From contig NW_024704743.1 of assembly GCF_018977255.1 (NCBI RefSeq), forward strand, positions 5,334,001-5,398,000: a DNA stretch of 64,000 nt, in the 5' to 3' direction. Every line of letters begins with the position of its first letter. The first letter of the stretch is position 1. Below are positions 1 through 12,539 of the stretch, in pieces. A model generated the notes under the pieces. The model searched no databases. It saw nothing but the letters and a program-made list of their open reading frames with translations, and was not told the origin of the DNA. Source of the stretch: Callorhinchus milii (Eukaryota). The position numbers and the translations under genes are program-made.

Positions 1-651
1 GTGGCAGAGCCGGGCGATGTTGCGGAAGTGGGGAAGGCAGAGCGGGTCATGGTACAGATGTAGAGTAGAAAGGGCAGTTGAGGGTCAAACAAGACCCCAA
101 GGTTCCAGACTGGCTTAGTAAGGTGGAGTGTGCAACCATGGATGGTGTTGCTGTCAGCGTCTGAGGTGTGGAGGCGCTGACGGGAGTCAATCAGGAGAGC
201 CTCAGTCTTTTTGACGTTCAACTGAAGGAAATTAACTCTCATCCAGGACTTGATGACTGACAGACATTCTGTCAGGACAGCAATGGTCCTGGAGTCAAGG
301 ATGGAGGCAGAGAGGTAGAGTTGGGTGTCATCCTCATACATGTGGAAGTTGACCCCATGTCTGTGGATGATGTTACCAAGAGGGAGCTTATAGATATTGA
401 AGAGGATGGGCCAAGGATAGAGCCCTGAGGAACTCCGCATGAGGGGGCTTGAGGAGAAAGCGTTTGCGGAGATGAAGTGGAGATGGTGTGAGAGGTACGA
501 TCTGAACCAGTCAAGGACAGAACCGTGAAGGTTGAGGTGAGAGGAGAGGCAGTGGATGAGGATAGGGTGGTCAACGGTGTTGAAGGCAGTAGAGGAGGTC
601 AAGGAGGATGAGGAGGCAGAGGGAGCCCTGGTTGCAGATGGACAGAATGTC
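1..651 (-). mobile_element. L2-clade LINE RT fragment (frameshifted)
   Basis: SLCLLILLDL, CGVPQGSILGP and FLQLNVKKTE segments on minus strand. Confidence 0.85.
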
Positions 652-669
652 ATTCGTCACTTTGACTGG

Positions 670-1431
670 GCTTCTTCTCGCTTCCACCCAGTCACCTGTG
701 GGGTACCCCAAGGATCCATCCTTGGCCCCCTTCCCTTCCTCATCTATATGCTCCCTCTCGGTGATGTCATTCGCAGACATGGGGTTAACTTCCACACGTA
801 TGCGGATGACACTCATTTCTACTTCTCCTCCTCCAGCTGTGACCCCCAATCCCCTGATGTTCTGTCAGCTTTTCTGTCGGACATCAAGAGCTGGCTGAGC
901 GCAAACTTCCTGCAGTTAAATATCAACAAGACGGAAGCTATACTGTTTTCTCCCGTCGATATCTTCTGTCCAGCGGTTCCCCAATTACTCCAGTCCATGC
1001 AAATCCCACTGGCTCCCTATCACAGAGCAGATTGACTTCAAGATACTCACTCTAGTGTTTAAATCCCTCCATTCCTTGGCACCCCACTATGTCTCTAACT
1101 TCCTCTCTCCCCACAGCAGTACCTGCTGCCTTCGCTCGACTGAGTCCAGCTTCCTCCGTGTCCCCCGAATCCTCTGCTCCACCATCGGGGGCCGTGCCTT
1201 CAGGCCACTACTCCTTGAAACTTTGGAACTTCCTCCCTCAACCCCTCCACCTCGCCCCTCCTTCCCCATCTTCAGGTCGAACCTGAAGACCTTCCTCTTC
1301 GACCTTCGCGCCTACGGTCACCTTCCCCCTCCCCTTGACTTACCCTCGGGCTCCGACATCGTTAAGTGCTCTGAGACACCGCCCGGTATGGAGGGCGCTA
1401 TATAAATGCAAGTTGTTATTGTTGTTGTTGT
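670..1431 (+). mobile_element. L2-clade LINE RT fragment and 3' end
   Basis: CGVPQGSILGP...FHTYADDT...WLSANFLQLNINKTE; IGGRAF; tail GGCGCTATATAAATGCAAG(TTG)n. Confidence 0.88.
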
Positions 1432-1544
1432 TTCTGTGCTGTGGGCGGCACGGAAACCCGATTGGAGGGGTTCGTGATGGGAGTGGCGGGAAAGGAAGGA
1501 AAGAAGCTGGGAAGCAATGACTCATTCCAGTACCTTGGAGGTAA

Positions 1545-1800
1545 TTGGTAAAAGAACTAGAGGGGAGATGTGGACAATTTTTTTGACATAGAGAGTCATT
1601 ACGGTCTGGAATGCACTGCCTGAAAGGGCAGCGGAAACAGATTCAATAACAACTTTCAAAAGGGAATCGGATAGGCACTTGAAAAGGACAAATATGGGGA
1701 AAGAGCGGGGAGTGGGACTGATTGTGCAGCTCTTGGAAAGAGCCGGCACAGGCATGATGGGCCGAATGGCCTCCTTCTGCACTGTAATATTCTACGATTC
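1545..1800 (+). mobile_element. CR1-clade LINE 3' end
   Basis: TGGAATGCACTGCCTGAAAGGG...GATGGGCCGAATGGCCTCCTTCTGCACTGTAATATTCTACGATTCT. Confidence 0.8.
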
Positions 1801-2514
1801 TGTGTGGGGAGGGTTAGTGTGTGAGATGTGTGTGTGTGGAGGGTTAGTTAGTCAATTGGCGGATCACTTTTCCGGGGGTGATAAACCCTTCAAAAAAGAA
1901 AAAAAGAAATAATAATTTGTTCTCTCAATCCACGACTGTTTGTGGGACACAGCCGTGTGCAATTGACTGCCACGTTTCGCCCACCAAATATACAGTCAAT
2001 TCACTTCACAGTATATCCTGTGAAGCGCTTTGAGACGTCTCAAATGCAAGGATTATCATATTTGTTTTATTGTGTCTGAGATGTGTGAGTGGGGAGGGTT
2101 AGTGTTTGAAATGTGTGCGTAGGGAGGGTTAGTAACAAAGATGTGAGAGTGGGGAGGGTTAATGACAGAGATGTGAGATGTCCCCTGCTCTACGGGTTGC
2201 GATGTATCTAACAAGCACTTTGCATGGAAGCTCCACTTTAGATAGAAAGTCATTACAAAGACAATCCTTAAAACCATGTCCTGTTCAACTGTATTACACA
2301 CAGAGACTTCAATTATTAAGCAGTCACTCATGTACTGATTAATATTTAACTCTCTGAATAATCACTGCTTGTTTAATACTGCACCAGGTTTGCAATGTTT
2401 AGCCCATTAATCTTTGATGATCACCAGAAGAAGGAAAAGTTTTGATTCCACCCCCCCTCCCATCGTCTGTGCAGTGTTGATGAACTGTGTTTGGGAGCAG
2501 AGGGAAAAGTCTGA

Positions 2515-3351
2515 AAGAGAGAGAGAGAGAGATAAGAGAGATTAAAGGGAGAGAGAAATGAGAGAGATTAGAGACAGAGATTAGATAAAGAGAGAGATTA
2601 GAGAGAGAGATTTAGAGAGATATATAATAGAGAAAGAGAGAGAGAGAGAGATTGGAGAGAGAGACTAGAGAGATAAAGATTAGAGAAAGAGAAATATTAG
2701 AAAGAGAGAAAGAGATTAGAACGAGAAAGATTAGTTAGATTAAAAAGAGAGAGAAATGTGAGAGAGAGATTAGAGAGGTTAAAAAGAGAGAGAAAAATGA
2801 GAGAGAGAGATTAGGAAAAGAGAGAGATTAGAGAAATTAAAAAGAGAGAAATGAGAGAGGGTTTAGAGATAGAGATTAGAGAACGAGAGAGATTAGAAAG
2901 GGAGAAAGAGATTTGAGTTTAAAAAGAGAGCAAAACGAGAGACAGAAAGATTCGAGAGAGAGAGAGATTAGAGAAATTAAAAAGAGAGAGAAATGAGAGA
3001 AAGAGATTCAAGAGAAAGAGACTGGAGAGAGAAAGAGAGATTAGAGAGGTAGAAACATTAATGAGAGAGAAAGAGATGAAAGAGATGAAAGAGAGTTTGG
3101 CGAGATTCAAAGAGAGATTAGAAAGAGAGATAGAAATAAATGACAGAGAGATTAGAGAGAGATGAGAAAAATAGATAATCAGAGAAAAAGAGATTAGTGA
3201 AGTAGAGAGATTTATGATAGATGGATGGAGATAGAGAGATAGAGCAATATGGCGTAAAATAGAATAATAGAGCCAAATTGTAATAGATAGAGCAACAGTG
3301 ATAGGTTGAGCGAGATATAGTGATAAATGGATGGATAAATAGAGAGAGACG

Positions 3352-3440
<89 letters not shown>

Positions 3441-3620
3441 GTGGGTGGGTATCTACCTACCTACCTACCTACCTACCTACATACATACATACATACATAG
3501 AGTGAAAGAGTGAGAGATAGAGCAATAGGGAGATAGATAAATAGATCAGAAGATATATACATAGGGTGGGTGGGTAGGCGAATAGAGGGATACGGGGAGA
3601 GAGAGATGCGAGACCCTACA
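2515..3620 (+). repeat. GA-rich low-complexity tract and tetranucleotide microsatellite chain
   Basis: GAGAGATTA-type units, then (GACA)n (GATA)n (GGGT)n (ACCT)n (ACAT)n at about 3350-3500. Confidence 0.9.
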
Positions 3621-4794
3621 TCACATGAAGGGCACTATATAAATGCTTACAGACATATGTACATGTACAAACACACACCCAGACACACATATACAGTGAA
3701 CTCAAACTCCCGACGTGGGACGCGAACACATGCTGAATGGTAGAATTTGGATGCTTATTAAAATGATCCCATGAGGTGAGCAAGAGAGAATCGGGAGCGG
3801 GAGCAGTCAGAGAGTCTAATTTGAGACATTTCTCAGTAGATTTCTTAATTAGAAATAGATAATTATCATTATTTTTGATAGAGAAAGCGAGAGAGAAAGA
3901 TAGAGCAAGACAGAGAGATCGAAAGACAGAGGCTGAGACAAACAGGGAGAGAGTCAGGGAGAAAGAGATAAGAGAGAGACACAGTGAGAGAAGCAGAGTG
4001 AGATAGGAATAGAGAGAGAGAGAGAGAGAGAGATAGCGAGAGGATGGGAGGTTTGTGGAGGAAGAAAGATTACGTGAGCTGTTTATTGGGGCGCGGGTGG
4101 TGGTGGAGGGGTGGTCAGGTCCACTTTACTGTATACAGTGATAAACCAGCTAATCTCTTGCTGGAGGCTTAGTAATGTTGTGCTGATTTCAGCTCGGGTC
4201 TGAAACGCTGTACTCTGTCCAGCGCCTTTGGGACGTCCTCCCGACGTGAAAGGCACTATACAAATGTAATTTTGTTGTTGTTGTTGCTGCACCTTATCGC
4301 TATGTGATCACAGGCCAGTTCAACTATCTGCTCCTCTCACCTGCTCTGACCTGCCTGGCAATGGTCAGCAACAAACTCAGTCCCCTCCTAAGAACATAAA
4401 AAACATTAGAATTTGTTGGGCGAAGGAACACACTCAGCTCCCCCCCAGTCGGTCTTGTCTCCCAGAACCTTGCATCCACAGGGTGAGAAAGCGTTGGTGT
4501 TACGGTGCCTGTGGTCACTGTTTTTTCCCAAATGACCCAATCACCGTCTTTCCGCCACTCTCTGTGACACTGGGCAGTGTCGCTCTGGGACCATGAAGGG
4601 TGCTGTATAAATGCAAATTGTTGTTGTTATTATTGTTGAGCTGCCTCAGTCGCTCTGCTCTCACTCCCAGCTCAGGAGGCTGGGGTTTAAACCTCAGCAG
4701 GTTCCAGCAGGTTGGACTGCCCATCTCTCAGAGAGCCCCCTCCTCCCCCACCCCCCGCCCCCACCCCCGCCCTGCACTCAGTGCCCTCCTCAGT

Positions 4795-5082
4795 AGTGAC
4801 TGTATATTTTGTGGGCGAAACGCAGCAGCCAATTACACACAGCAATTGACCTACACACAGTCGTGGATTGATCGACCAAATTATTATTTTTTTTTTGAAG
4901 GGTTTATTACCCCCGGAAAAGCAAACCGCAATCGACTAACAACCGGGTTCCTACTTACTGCTCGGTAAACAGATGCATGTGGAGTAAGGAAACTTGCCCA
5001 TCGTTTCGCCCTGTCCGGGAATTGAACCCAGGTCCTCTCATCACATGCCAGGCGAGTGCTCTAACCACTGAGCTACAGGACT
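4795..5082 (-). mobile_element. tRNA-derived SINE, type A, tail missing
   Basis: Minus-strand head GTCCTGTAGCTCAGTGGTTAGAGCACTCG...GGGTTCAATTCCC and shared body. Confidence 0.85.
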
Positions 5083-6589
5083 TTCACAGTAAATCCTGTG
5101 AAGCGCTGAGAGATGTCCCCATAAAAAGACCCAGATTTTGTGTCAAAGAAAACACCTGAATTCCTTGTTAAGAAATCCCATTAAGACACAGGCGTGTTGG
5201 ACTATCACTTCAGTCAGTGCGATGAGCCGGTGAGTCAGACATTTATATCCCCTCCCCCCCTCCTCCCCACCCGCCTCCCTATTATGTGCATCATTCAGGA
5301 ACTTGCCTTCAAAACGCTGAGTTTGAATAAAAGGGTCCCATATGTGAAGGCATTGCATTAATAATTCATAACACTTCATATTAACTCTACCGTCTCTTCT
5401 CCTTCCCCCTTCTTTGCCCCTGTGAGGGGAGGCAGAGCAGTAAAAACATAGCAGCACAGCACAAGCCTAGCACAACACCCCAGGGTGCAGAGGAGATGTG
5501 GACAAGGAGGCACCTGTGGGTGGGGTGGGGGTGGGTGGGGGGGACAGAGGTGGGCCGAGTTCACAGTGCCCAGCCCCCTCCTTTCCCATTTCCTGGCCAG
5601 CAATTCCCCGGAGACAATTCTTCATTCAATTCATTGCTGTCTGTGGGACATTGCTGTATGCACTTTTGGTTCCTGTGTTCGCCCACAAAGCACACAGTCA
5701 CTACAATAAATCCTGTGACACGCTTTGAGACGTGAAAGGTATCCTGTCTCATCTTTTTCAAATGCAAGGTTTATTATTATTTATTTATTATTATTCTTGT
5801 TGATGCTCTCTCGATCAGATCAATGAGAAACCCATTATAAACCTCTGCCCTCATCAATCCGCGATAAAATGGATATATTTTTCAAAGAGTCATAGAATCA
5901 AAGAATATTACAGCAAATCTACTCTAACAAAAAACCCCTCATCATCTTTTCCATTTTTCGTTAAATTTAACAATTTCACTAATTCTGGCCTCTCTGCCCC
6001 TGGTCTCCTCTCTGTCCTTGTCTGGCCTCATCTCTGGGGTGTGACCTCTCCTCACCAGGCTATCACCCCCCCCCCCCCCCCCCACACACACACGTACACA
6101 CAGAACTAATAGAGGGCACTGCAGACGGACCAGTTGCTGGTTTCACCGCTCGAACCCTGGGAACCTTGGGCAAGTTGACCTCCGCCTTGGCTGAGATCAA
6201 ACCAATTTTTTTTTTCTGTTTTTTTCCCTTTCTGTCTTGAATAATAATCCTTGCATTTGTTATCGATGGGTTATATCAAATGTAAGGGCTATAAGGTATA
6301 TAGCACCTTCGTGTCAGCAGGGTGTGTGAAAGGCGTGACAGAGAGCAGGGTAGCGCGAGAGAAGAATCAAACTCAGAAATCTCCCACATGGACACAAATC
6401 CTTATCGTCAGAGGTGGGAGAAATAATTTCTTACAAATAAAGGCAGTGAAAAACTGCGGAAAACTCTTAACGTTGGGTCTGGATTTGGAAGCCAAATTGC
6501 TTTCCAATGGAAACAAAAAAAGGTGAGACAGGATTCCGGTGTCAAGGCCGAGACTGGGAGAATTTCAGGCTTCAGGTGCTGCTGAACTA

Positions 6590-6841
6590 GGCTGGGGTTG
6601 GCTTTGGTCGGGATTGGTTTGGGTTTGGGGGTGGTGTGGGTTGGGGGCTGAGGTGGGGTTGTGCTTGGGGGTTGGGTTGGGGTTGGGTTGGGCAATGTCG
6701 GAATCGAGCCAGCCCTCTGTGACGCTCTCCAGTCCAAGGTTGGGGAGACAGAGAGATGGAGAGAGAGATTGAGAGAGAGGGGAAAAAGGGAGGGAAAGAG
6801 AGACAGACTGATGGAGAGAGAGACAGGAGAGAGCAAGCAAG

Positions 6842-6876
<35 letters not shown>

Positions 6877-7140
6877 AAGGGGAGAAAGACAGGGAAAGAG
6901 GAGGGAAAAGAGCGATAGAGATGGAGAGAGGTGGGGAGAAAGAGAGGGGGGCAGAGAAAGAGAGAGAGAGAGAGTAGGGGGAGAAAAAAGAGGGTGAGAA
7001 AGAGTGGGGGGGGGGGAAGAGTGAGGGAGATGGAGAAAGGGAAAAAGAAAGGGAGAGAGAGAAAGGGGGAGAGAGAGAAAGAGAGAGGGGGGAGGGGGAG
7101 AAGAGTGAGAGAGAGAGAAGGAGAGAGAAATAGGGAAAGT
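6590..7140 (+). repeat. GGGTT/GGGGTT-rich tract followed by a purine-rich GA tract
   Basis: Multiple G3-G5 runs at 6590-6692; GA-rich 6745-7140. Confidence 0.8.
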
Positions 7141-7829
7141 TAAACCTCGGAGTGTCAGCAGGAATAGATATGGCTTTAAAAAGTTTTTTATGCTAGTTGC
7201 GACAGAAACCAGCGACGGGAATGTGTGAGTGTGTGAAATCCACCTTAATGTGTTCTGAGATTGCCTTTGCTCCACACTCGCTCCGCAGGATTCACATCAG
7301 CAAATCAGCAAATCCCACAGAAATATTCCAAACGGCACCTGAGCCAGAGTCATGCCGCTGAACTCAACCCGTATCAGCCTCATTCACATGACAATACAGG
7401 GAATATTTCAGATATTGTAAGCGAGTCTATACTTTCCAAAAAGTCCATCAGTCAGCTCTCTCTCTCCCTCCCTCCCTCCCTCCTCCCTCCCTCTCTCCCT
7501 CCCTCCCTCCCTCCCTCCCTCCCTCCCTCCCTCCCTCCTCCCTCCCTCCAGCGCCTTGGGACGTCCTCCTGACGTGAAAGGCACTCTACAAATGTAATTT
7601 TGTTGTTGTTGTTGTTGTGTCTGTCTGTCTGTCTGTTTGTCTCCCTCCCTCCCTCCCTCCCTATCTGTCTGTCCCCATGTCTGTCTCCCCGTCTTTTGAT
7701 TTCATCCTTTCTTTCTCTTTTTCTCTCTATCCTTCCTTCCTTCCTTCCTTCCTTCCTTCCTTCCTTCCTTGCTTGCTATGATTCTAAGATATATAGAGCC
7801 CCTCATGCAGGGTAGCGTCCCAAAGTGCT

Positions 7830-8045
7830 TATACCAGGGATAAGGGTCTATAATTATGTGGAGAGACTAGAGAGACTGGGATTATTCTCCTTGGAGCAGA
7901 GAAGATTAGGAGAGATTTAATAGAGGTGTAAAAGATTGTGCGGGGTTTTGATAGAGTAGATAGCGAGAAACTGTTTATTCTGGGCGAGTCGGTAACCAGA
8001 GGACATAGATTTAGGATAATCGACAAAAGAACCAGAGGTGGGGCA
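7830..8045 (+). mobile_element. CR1 ORF2 C-terminal fragment
   Basis: GDLIEV*KIVRGFDRVDSEKLF...TRGHRFRI. Confidence 0.8.
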
Positions 8046-8063
8046 CGAGGTGATCAGAACATT

Positions 8064-8255
8064 GATTCCACACTTGGGAGCAGGCCCCACCATGTCCCAC
8101 CGGTTGGCCCAGTGTTCAAGATGGAGAGTGCAAAGCAACAGGTTCCCAGGTGAGCCCGCCAGCAGCACAATATCATCTGCAGACAGAAACGCCACAATCC
8201 TATCAAAAACAGGCACCTCGTCCTTTCCCAAGATACCGTCCACCACGTCGTTGAG
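8064..8255 (-). mobile_element. Non-LTR reverse transcriptase fragment of a clade other than L2/CR1
   Basis: LNDVVDGI...RIVAFLSADDIVLLAGS...LEHWANRWDM...KCGI (degenerate YADD region). Confidence 0.6.
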
Positions 8256-8734
8256 GCATCATTGATTCAACACAACGCTACAGGTTAGGGAAAGCGAGAG
8301 AGAGGATGGGGGTGGGGTTTCTGGGGGCAGGGGGTTTCTGTGATCTTAAGGAACAGAGAAAAGCAGGAAAATACAAGCCAAGGGTTGCAATTTATACAGT
8401 ATATACTTTGGGACGTGACTTGTGCATGTGACTGCCAGGATGGTGTAAGGTGCTTGGGATGGACCTTGGTCTTCTTTCGTCCAGCAATTCTTAGGTTCTT
8501 ATGTTTTTATGAGGGAGAGAAAAACAAACCCACTCAGGCAGAATGGGATTACAGTCGTCTGGCCCTTCAACCTTTGCTGAGGATTCGAGGCAAAGAAACA
8601 TGTGAATATTTAATCAGAGAGAAAGAAAAACACAAAATGCTATTTTTTCGAAAGTGCTTTAAAAATTAAGCACCTCAGTTTATTTTTTTCTGTATTTCTG
8701 ATTACTCTTGTGTTTCTCAAAGTTCTGTGTTCAT

Positions 8735-9197
8735 TCACCCCGACAATCCCTCCGCCTTTGCCCCGTCACGCTAGTTCTTTGCCCGGCTCCACTTCATGAA
8801 CGGATCGATTTCAAGATCCTCTCACTCGTTTTCAAATCCATTCATGCTCCCGCATCCCCCTACCTATCTGACCTGCTTAGCCCCAACTCCACCATCCTCT
8901 GCCTCGGCCTCGGCTGGCTCTGGCCTCCTGTTTGTCCCTCGTCCCCTCCGCTCCACCATTGGCGGCCGTGCCTTCAGCCACTATGCCCCCGAAACTCGGG
9001 AACTCTCTCCTTCAACTTCACCCCCTTGCCCCCTCCCTCCCCACTTTCAAATCCCGACTAAAGACCTTCTTTTTTGATCGTGCTTACGGTCACCTCCCCC
9101 CTTCCTCTGCTCCTGGCTCGGGGTCAGACTCCGCCACTGTCAAGCACTCTGGGAAGCTACCCGGAGTGAAGGGCTCTATATAAATGCAAGTTGTTGT
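8735..9197 (+). mobile_element. L2 3' fragment
   Basis: ERIDFKIL, IGGRAFSH, FKSRLKTFFFDRAY, tail ATATAAATGCAAGTTGTTG. Confidence 0.85.
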
Positions 9198-10229
9198 ACT
9201 GTATGACCGGCCTGCAGCTGGCCATACATCACTATAACAGCTTCACGTTCAGAATATCACCCTGGCCTTCGGCCTAAACAACACAACGTGCTGTTTTCTT
9301 TCTTAAAACATTTTTCTGGTTTAAAATTTGCAATTATTGGAAAATTGTACCGTTCAGTCTTTTTTTTCACCTGCAAAATTGCAACTCCCCTTTGAGATAC
9401 TGCTGTGCGCAATTGGCTACCGCATTTTGCTCACAAAAATATAGTCAATTCACTTCACAGTATATTCTGTGAAGTGCTTGGAGACCTCCCGAAGACTTGA
9501 TGAGGCGCTATATCAAATGCGAGGATTATTTTATCATTATTATATTCTCCTGTCGTAAAAGGCGCTGTGTCAAATGCAAGGATTATTTTGTTTCTCCCAC
9601 CAAGTACACAGTCAATTCACTTGAGTCCCTCTACCTATCTCCCCCCCTCCCTCCCTCTTTTACCTTATCCATCTCAAGGCCAGGCCTTTCAGTCGTCTTT
9701 CCCCCCCACCCCTCTTTCGGCTCCTACCCCCAGTTCGGGCACCCAGCACCTTGAGATATCCTCCTGATATGAAAGGCGCTGACCATGTCAACGTAAATGT
9801 GCATGGCGGTCTCTGTGTGACAGTGTGCGGAGCGGGAGCCTGCGTGCTTTGTTCAGTCAATGAACGCTGACTGGACAGAACGGCATGTCAGCCTTCCCTC
9901 TCCCATTGCAGTAATTAGTGAGCGCGTTAAGAGGGGAATCAATCCGTGGCTAACCTCTGGGTCCACCCTGTCAGGCAGTGCCAACCTGGAGACAGACTGG
10001 AGCAGTGGGGATCAACAAGCCCAAGCCTGCTCGCCTGCCCAGGGACTGACACAGCTCCCGACAGACTGAGCTTGTGCTTTTAATTGGCCACCTATCCGCA
10101 GGAGCAGCAAGAGACTTATTGTTATTAATAATAATAATAATTCTGTGGATTCCTGTAGCTTAGCGGTTAGAGCACTCGCCTCGCAAGCGAGAGGACCTGG
10201 GTTTGATTCCCGACAATCCCCAGAGCATT

Positions 10230-10860
10230 CTACCTGCCTAACGCTATTAAAATACGTCTCCGTTCTCTCCCAGCTCCCTCGTTGCTCATCACACCAGCCT
10301 TTACCAGGCTCCACTGGCTCCAAATTACCGAATGGATTGATTTCAAGATCCTCTCACTCGATTTCAAATCATTTCAGGCCCTCGGAACCGACCTGCTACC
10401 CCACATCCGTGCCATGACCTGCTCTGCCTTTCCCCCACCTCCGCAACATCGCCCGGCTCTGCCACTGCCTCACACCGCAGACCGCCGAAACCCTCACACA
10501 GAGGATACAGTTCAAGATCCTGGTCCTCACCTTCAAAGCCCTCCATGGCCTCGCTCCCCACTACCCCTGAGACATCCTAACCCCCTACAATTCTGCCCGC
10601 TCCCTCTGCTCAGCGGGCTCCGGCTTCCTTCACACCCCCCACCTCACCAACTGCACCACTGGCGGGCGGGCCTTCTGCCACTCTGCTGCCACCCCCTGGA
10701 CCTCCATCCCTCAGTCCTTCCACCTCGCCCTCTCCCTTGCCTCCTTCAAACCTTGTCTCAAGACCCTCCTCTTCAACCATGCTCTCGATCACCCTGCTTC
10801 CCCCACTGCTCTCCACCCTCCCCGATCCCGACCCCCAGCTTGGGTCTAAAACACTGACCA
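10230..10860 (+). mobile_element. Composite L2 3' fragments
   Basis: RLHWLQITEWIDFKIL; second piece RIQFKILVL...LKTLLFNHA. Confidence 0.8.
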
Positions 10861-10867
10861 TTGGTGG

Positions 10868-11430
10868 ACACGAAACACATCCCCTTACGTCCTGAGCCCA
10901 AAACACACGAAACACCACCTCCCTTACGTCCCAAGCGCAAAAGACACAACACCCGGCCCCCCCTGACATCCTGAGCCCAAAAAACACCAAATAACATGAA
11001 TAACCTAACATCCCCTCCCACCCAAAAAACACGAAACCACCCCCCCTTATATCCTGAGCATAAAAAGCACGAAAGGCACCCCCCCCCCCTTATGTCCCGA
11101 ACCCAAAAGACACAAAACACCCCTCTGAGTTCCTGAGCTCAAAAAACACAAGACCCACCTCCCTTATATCCTTTGCCCCCAAAACATGAAACCCCCATCC
11201 CTTACATCACGAGCACAAAAAACATGAAACAACCCCCTTACGTCCCGAGCCCAAACCCCCCCATACTTACGTCCCAAGCCCAAACCCCCCCATTTACGTC
11301 CCAAGCCCAAACCCCCCCCAACTAATGTCCCAAGCTCAAACCGCCCCCACTTACATCCCAAGCCCAAACCCCCCCCACTTACGTCCCAAGCCGCAAAAAC
11401 ACAAAACACCCCCTACCCCCTTATGAGACC
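10868..11430 (+). repeat. Minisatellite, about 16 units of 26-40 bp, core CCCCTTACGTCCCAAGCCCAAA
   Basis: Direct reading of the tandem units. Confidence 0.88.
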
Positions 11431-12539
11431 AAAAGACAGTATATTCTGTGAAGCGCTTTGGGACGTCTAGAAGACATGAAAATCGCTATATCAAATGCAA
11501 GGATTATTATTATTATTACTGTTATAATTCTTATAATCCCAAGGAGACTCATCTTACCTCACAAACTCAAAGAATGGGGAAGAAGGGAGAAGACAGAAAG
11601 GAAGCAGAAGTAGTGCTTTTCTTGAGCTCGTGTGTGTTTTGGACTATGATTTTGAACTAATCTTGGAGATTAGTGCTGGCAACGGAAGCAAAGATCACAA
11701 AGTAGTTGTAATCTACATATAATTGTAGTCTATATATAAATTGTATATAGTTGTAATCTACATATAGGCAACAGCTGCCTACACTTCTAATAACTTCTAA
11801 TAATTTCCAAGAATATTCATGCAAACTACACACCAAACTCTTTTTTAAAATAAGCACACCTCAAATTGAAAAACCTCGAGACTAGGGCTATTTTTGTGGC
11901 ATTTGGGACTAACTGGAAACGAGGTGTCTGACAGTGACAGGTAAAGACATCATTGTTGGTGATGAATCAACCAATATGGTCACAAAGAAATTGAAAAATT
12001 TTGCAACTTCTTGCAGTATTGATTTTCTGCCAGAAGATGGTGCAAATATTACATCCAGAGGTCCTTCAGCCTGTTTGATCTCATCCTTCCAGAATACCCA
12101 CCCTAAAGTCTTCTTACCAAAACAATGTTTTAAATGTCCTCAATCACCCAATGTGGTTATCAGTTCCAGTCGTAATCATCCTCTGGGTAAAGAAATAGTT
12201 TGAAAGGCAGAAAGCTCCTACAGCGATTAATCAACTAAAAGTCAACAAATGTGAGAAACGATTACACATAATGCTCATTGTCTCTCATACATCATTCATT
12301 CTCTCATCTCAAAAAAATAACCTTGGTCCCTCGGAATGATCAGACAGATATAACTTCTGTAATGGTCACGTCTAACTTAGTACAATAGTTATAATGGTAT
12401 TCTGGGCCAATAAATCCCAACGCTCCTTATAACAGAGAATAGCAACGGTGGGACAGCTTTCGTCTCAGTACCCTGAAAAAGAAAAAACAAGAAGTTATTA
12501 GTTCTGCTGGAAACACACGCATCTACGCTGGCAAGTACA

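Noticed and set aside
4341..4387. Exon-like block on minus with a strong acceptor
   Set aside because: The acceptor appears to derive from a CR1 tail (TTATGTTCTTA); no homology or partner exons.
6590..6692. Interstitial telomere
   Set aside because: Units are GGGTT/GGGGTT, not tandem TTAGGG; only generic G-quadruplex potential.
6408..7275. Long ORFs of 142-236 aa
   Set aside because: Translations of GA/CT low-complexity sequence.
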